From Trueperaceae bacterium (lineage in GTDB: Bacteria > Deinococcota > Deinococci > Deinococcales > Trueperaceae): 64,000 bases of DNA. Below are positions 59,969 to 64,000 of this stretch, piece by piece; position 1 is the first letter of the stretch, and each line of letters begins with the position of its first letter. The stretch spans positions 2,336,001-2,400,000 of the forward strand of contig OZ243913.1 of the NCBI GenBank assembly GCA_965213705.1. The letters are read 5' to 3'. Position numbers and translations under genes: made by a program. The notes under the pieces are model-generated. The model was not told the origin of the DNA. It was given only the letters and a program-made list of their open reading frames with translations, and searched no databases.

Positions 59969-60445
59969 ATGAACCCTTTGCGGCGCCGTTTCGCACTGTT
60001 CGGTTGTGCGCTTTTTCTGAGCGTTCCTTTGCTTACAGCTTGCCCCATCTATCCCGACCCCTCTTTTCCGCCGCCGCCCCCAAACTATGATTTCAAAGGA
60101 ACATGGTTAGGTACTTTGAGCGACAGCCAGGGTGGCGAGGGCTCGCTTGCCCTCACTTTCAACTACCAAAGTTATTTCTCTTTTGGCGGTGGCTGGCAGG
60201 CAAATTTTGGTTCCGGCGACTCGGAGGGTGTTTTCGACGGTCAGGAAGACCCCTACAGCGGCGGCGTTTCGGCGTTGCTGTACCTTGCCGAGTTTCCAAA
60301 CTGTGCGCTCGAGATTAGGGGCGCCAGAGATGAGGATACCGTGGCGGGAACCTACCGAGCGGCGAGCTTTCAGCCGGAAGGCTGCACGGCCGCCGCCTTC
60401 GGTCTGGGAACCTTTACCGTGACGAAGCAGGCCCTGGCAGACTAA
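59969..60445 (+). CDS. Hypothetical lipoprotein
   Basis: Basic N-terminus, hydrophobic stretch, LTAC lipobox; beta-rich body. Confidence 0.7.
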   Translation: MNPLRRRFALFGCALFLSVPLLTACPIYPDPSFPPPPPNYDFKGTWLGTLSDSQGGEGSLALTFNYQSYFSFGGGWQANFGSGDSEGVFDGQEDPYSGGVSALLYLAEFPNCALEIRGARDEDTVAGTYRAASFQPEGCTAAAFGLGTFTVTKQALAD

Positions 60446-60547
60446 ACTCGGGCATGACCCAAGTCGCCAGCCACACCCACTGCTTGTTTGACTTGTGGCA
60501 CTAGCTATGTGGCACTGCCTATAAGGCGCTACCCGGGTCGTGCAGGC

Positions 60548-60577
60548 TTGACCGGCTTTGCCCCACCGTGATAGACT
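60548..60577 (+). promoter_or_regulatory. Sigma70-type promoter of tRNA-Ile
   Basis: TTGACC-N18-TAGACT with extended TG. Confidence 0.55.
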
Positions 60578-60631
60578 TTCTGGCGCTCGAGCTGCGGCCG
60601 GTTGATTCGGATTGTAGGTTCGCAAACGTTC

Positions 60632-60708
60632 GGGCGATTAGCTCAGTTGGTTAGAGCGCGTCGCTGATAACGACGAGGTCAGTGGTTCAAATCCACTATC
60701 GCCCACCA
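60632..60708 (+). tRNA. tRNA-Ile (anticodon GAT)
   Basis: gggcgattagctcagttggttagagcgcgtcgctgataacgacgaggtcagtggttcaaatccactatcgcccacca. Confidence 0.97.
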
Positions 60709-60713
60709 CAACA

Positions 60714-60752
60714 AGCACAGGCGTCATCTTTAAATTAGATGACGCCTGTGCT
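60714..60752. terminator. 16-bp hairpin between tRNA-Ile and the convergent htrA-like gene
   Basis: agcacaggcgtcatct-ttaaatt-agatgacgcctgtgct. Confidence 0.7.
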
Positions 60753-60848
60753 GTTCGAGGCGTTCGGCTCGCCTCAAGAGGGTTCTTGGCAGTACAAACA
60801 AAGAGTTCAAGAGCTTTACTTTTACTCGATTCTAAAACTTCTCGAGCC

Positions 60849-62117
60849 CTATCGAAACACGTCCTGCTTGGCCCCCAGCACCAGCCGCAGTTTGAAGGTG
60901 GCGTCGCCCCGTTGCACGGTGACAACTACCGTTTGACCGACCTCTTTGCGAAACAGGACCTCGAACAGGTCGTTAACCGTACGCACGCGTTCGTCGTCGA
61001 CTTCTGTAATCACGTCTGCCCGCTCTATCTCGCGCCGGACCGGGTCGACTTCTAAGTCCTTAAAACCTGCTTTGGCGGCGGGTCCGCCCGGTTGCACGGT
61101 ACCTACGATAGCGCCCGCACGCGGGCCGAGGTTGGCCTGGGGAGAACGGCTGGGACTGTATTCGCCGGGTAGGGTCAGGCCGACGACGGGAATGTCGTGG
61201 CGTTCGCCGGCCATGAGCGCTGTTACCGCTTCGCTGCTTGCCAGCACAGGCACCGCGTAGGAAGCGAAACCGCGTTGCGGAACGATGATGGGGCGCAGGT
61301 ATTCAGGAATCGGGCTGTCGCTGGGCGAGCCCAAAGCGTTCGGCCGAAAGCTGATATAGCTCACTACCCCTATCGCCTCGCCCTGCGCGTTGATGATGGG
61401 GCCGCCCGAGTCGCCGGGAGACAACGCCGCGGTCAGCTCGATGGTGTCTTTCGCGAAGCGGGCCCGCGGGCTTGCCACCCCGAGCCGCGAGATGCGCCCG
61501 GCTCGGCCCTCTAAAAACGCCCCCCGACTGTTGCCGATGGCGATGATGTCGCTGCCGACCTTGGGTGTAGCGGTCGCCAAGGGCAAAAAGGCCACGCCGA
61601 CAGGTGTTTCCGCCTTGAGCAGGGCCAAGTCCAGGTAGGCGTCGAAGCCGACGGGCTCGAGCGGGTACTCACGCCCGTCGGGACTCACCCCGACGTAAGT
61701 GACGCCGGCCCGGACATCGCCGGAAATCTCACTTTTGTCGACGACGTGGTTGGCCGTCAGCACAAAACCGTCATCGCTGATAAAAAAGCCGGTGCCCACG
61801 CCGATAGGGCCGCCTAAGTACACCGGGCTGCGCGCCTCTATGCGCAGCGTAGCCGGACGGGCGGCGTTGAACACCTCGCTGAAAGCGCCCGAGGGCGGTA
61901 CCACCTCCGGCAGGTTTTGGCTGACGTGGTGGTAAGCGAGGCTCGGCTGCCGTTTGAAAGGGGTTACAAAAGACCAGGAGAACACGGTTACCAGCAGGGC
62001 GAGCAGCAACCAGGTCAGGCGGCGCAAACCTTTTCTGGGGGGCAGTTCGGTGAGTGGTACGAGGTCGGTCGCTGAAGCGTCGGCAGGTGGAGAAGGGTCG
62101 CTCTCGTGCATGTTCAT
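60849..62117 (-). CDS. HtrA/S1C serine protease with PDZ domain
   Basis: N-terminal TM, GTGFFI, LTANHVV, DLALLK, GDSGGP, C-terminal PDZ. Confidence 0.9.
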   Translation of the reverse strand: MNMHESDPSPPADASATDLVPLTELPPRKGLRRLTWLLLALLVTVFSWSFVTPFKRQPSLAYHHVSQNLPEVVPPSGAFSEVFNAARPATLRIEARSPVYLGGPIGVGTGFFISDDGFVLTANHVVDKSEISGDVRAGVTYVGVSPDGREYPLEPVGFDAYLDLALLKAETPVGVAFLPLATATPKVGSDIIAIGNSRGAFLEGRAGRISRLGVASPRARFAKDTIELTAALSPGDSGGPIINAQGEAIGVVSYISFRPNALGSPSDSPIPEYLRPIIVPQRGFASYAVPVLASSEAVTALMAGERHDIPVVGLTLPGEYSPSRSPQANLGPRAGAIVGTVQPGGPAAKAGFKDLEVDPVRREIERADVITEVDDERVRTVNDLFEVLFRKEVGQTVVVTVQRGDATFKLRLVLGAKQDVFR

Positions 62118-62526
62118 ACACTATTATGTGGCAAACAAGCGGCTCGTGACTGCTAGATAAATGACAAACGGCCCGGCGCGACCGGGCCGTAACTTTTGCA
62201 CCGTGAGGTCGGCGTCGTCTGCTGATGAACGGCTCTAGCCGTCGGAACCGCGCAGAACCTGAGGGCTGACGTCCTGGTGGTTGACGTCGAAGCGCCGGAA
62301 ACAAAAAAACCCGATTGCGTGAAAAGTTTTCACGCAGACCCCTCTCGGGGGTTTGCACAGCGGTAGCAAAAAGTTTTGTAAGCACACGCTCGTTTTTGGG
62401 GTTGAACCGAGCGAACAAGTCGTACGTGCGGTCTGACGTATAATCGTGGGGAACGGTAACTGTGGGGGACGGTAGCCCGTCGCTGTGCGAACCGATAACC
62501 GAATTTACGCGAAACGGGTGTCAACG

Positions 62527-63543
62527 ATGTCTCTAGCTGCAACCATCAACAACAAGGGTGAACTCGACTACACGGCCAAGGTCGCCCTCATCGCCGAAAA
62601 GCTCCGCGCCTGGCAGGGTCCCGTCGTGCTCGTCAGCCACGTCGACCCGGACGGCGACGCGCTCGGCAGCACCTTGGCACTGAAGCGGGCCTTGGAAAGC
62701 CTTGGCAAAGAGACTATCTTACCCTTCGAAGCGCCGCGCTTTTTGGCGTTTTTGGCGCACGAGGGCGAACTCTCCGCACCGCTCGACAAGCTGCCTGAAA
62801 ACACGCTGCTGGCCGTGCTGGACGTGTCCGACGCGGCTCGAGCCGTCGGCGCACCGCTTACCGGCGCAGCGTTCACCGTCAACATCGACCATCACGGCAC
62901 CAACGACCGTTTCGGCGACTTGTCCTGCGTACAGCCCGCCAAGGCCGCCACCGCGCAAATTGTCAAGGACCTTGTCGACGCCATGAACGTCGCTTGGACC
63001 CCGGACATTGCAACACCTTGTCTCACCGGCATCATCACCGACACGGGGAACTTTCGCTACAGCAACACCAACCGCGGCGTCCTGAGCGACGCGGGCGAAC
63101 TGTTGGAAGTCGGCGTGAACTACGCCGACCTGACCGACCGCTTGCAGTGGCGCGACCCGAAATACTTTGAAATGCTCGGCAAGGTCATGGCGACGGTGAA
63201 GTTTCCCTTGAACGGGCTCGTCGCCACCGCCGTCATGACGCCCCAGATGGAAGCGGAGGTCGGCGAGAGCGACGACGACTCGAACGACTACGTCGGGCTG
63301 ATTCGCTACGCCGAAGGCACCAAGGCCGCCATCTTTTTCAAGGTGCGCGAAGACCACGTCAAGCTGTCGGTGCGGGCTCGAGACGGCGTCTCGGCTCAGG
63401 CGATTTGCTACGCCCTCGGCGGCGGCGGCCACGTCAGCGCGGCCGGCGCGAAGGTTGAAGGAACGTTCTCAGAAGTCGAACACAAAACGCTTCAAGCGAC
63501 CGCGGAAGAGTTGCAACGTAAGGGATTTCTGGGCGCAGACTAA
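62527..63543 (+). CDS. nrnA: DHH/DHHA1 phosphoesterase (NrnA nanoRNase/pAp phosphatase)
   Basis: HVDPDGDALGS, IDHH, TDTGNF, GGGGHVSAAG. Confidence 0.9.
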   Translation: MSLAATINNKGELDYTAKVALIAEKLRAWQGPVVLVSHVDPDGDALGSTLALKRALESLGKETILPFEAPRFLAFLAHEGELSAPLDKLPENTLLAVLDVSDAARAVGAPLTGAAFTVNIDHHGTNDRFGDLSCVQPAKAATAQIVKDLVDAMNVAWTPDIATPCLTGIITDTGNFRYSNTNRGVLSDAGELLEVGVNYADLTDRLQWRDPKYFEMLGKVMATVKFPLNGLVATAVMTPQMEAEVGESDDDSNDYVGLIRYAEGTKAAIFFKVREDHVKLSVRARDGVSAQAICYALGGGGHVSAAGAKVEGTFSEVEHKTLQATAEELQRKGFLGAD

Positions 63544-63576
63544 AATCCTCAATATAAGTTAGGTACACTTATCCTC

Positions 63577-64000
63577 ATGAGCTATGACTATCCAAAGTTC
63601 ATTGCTGATACCACTGCTGATTTGCTAAAGGTCAAAGGGCAAGTCTTGAAACGGGTCTTGTTGAACATTGTCGGACACGAGTTCAACGTCTTGTATTTGC
63701 AATTCACATCAGGTTGGTTTAGGGCACTGGGTATAAACGGCTCAGAAACGTTGGGTTTTTATAAGTTTGAGGGGGAACCCGTCGAAGGACCTACCGATGA
63801 AACAGGTATAGGACAAATCTGTACCTTTCCTCCATTCGAGATTTTTACGGGGAAAGAGGTTGCTGAGGTTCGTCAAACCGGTGAAGCGTGGAACGGCCAC
63901 GGATTCGAGTTTATGTTTACCAACCTGTTTGATAAGACGCTCATAGTTCAGTCGATTTACACAGGTAACGAGCCTAAAGATTACGTTGACTGCATCAAGC
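63577..64000 (+). CDS. Hypothetical protein, AT-richer, runs off the window end
   Basis: ORF MSYDYPKFIADTTADLL... open to base 64000; TACACT 7 nt upstream of ATG. Confidence 0.65.
   Translation, partial: MSYDYPKFIADTTADLLKVKGQVLKRVLLNIVGHEFNVLYLQFTSGWFRALGINGSETLGFYKFEGEPVEGPTDETGIGQICTFPPFEIFTGKEVAEVRQTGEAWNGHGFEFMFTNLFDKTLIVQSIYTGNEPKDYVDCIK

Noticed and set aside
62222..62250. Hammerhead ribozyme (CTGATGA-stem-GGAA)
   Set aside because: The stem is followed by CGGAAC rather than GAAA, and I could not form stems I and III with a cleavage triplet

Overview
GC-rich bacterial chromosome segment, most likely Deinococcota (Trueperaceae-like). This is inferred from the LysW-pathway kinase LysZ, a TilS-TadA fusion, a DdrI/SdrP-like CRP regulator and frequent leaderless-type gene starts. 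Bases 1-11.7 kb hold the canonical S10-spc-alpha ribosomal superoperon (rplV to rplQ, with secY, adk, map, infA, rpoA). The rest is housekeeping and accessory genes: deoB, tilS-tadA, an HxlR-controlled redox operon, sbcD/sbcC, ychF, hom/thrC, hpf, guaB, rbfA, lysZ, htrA, nrnA, tRNA-Leu(CAG) and tRNA-Ile(GAT). Most notable: (1) an uncharacterised minus-strand cluster at 41.4-47.6 kb with a long coiled-coil protein, an unknown 382-aa protein, a classical-clade AAA ATPase with an atypical Walker B and a DUF6638-like protein, plus a DUF4259-like gene inserted; (2) a 3.3-kb AT-richer islet between sbcD and sbcC. It carries a nucleoside-deoxyribosyltransferase-like gene with an RNAP alpha-CTD-like tail, split by a 1204-bp IS1-family element (8-bp TSD; transposase frameshifted by a 20-bp tandem duplication), a PIN-type TA pair and a decayed higBA; (3) heavy iteration of the palindrome CTCGAG, heptamer-periodic intergenic repeats, and a REP-like element. 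All calls come from reading the sequence and recalling family motifs; no database searches were run.
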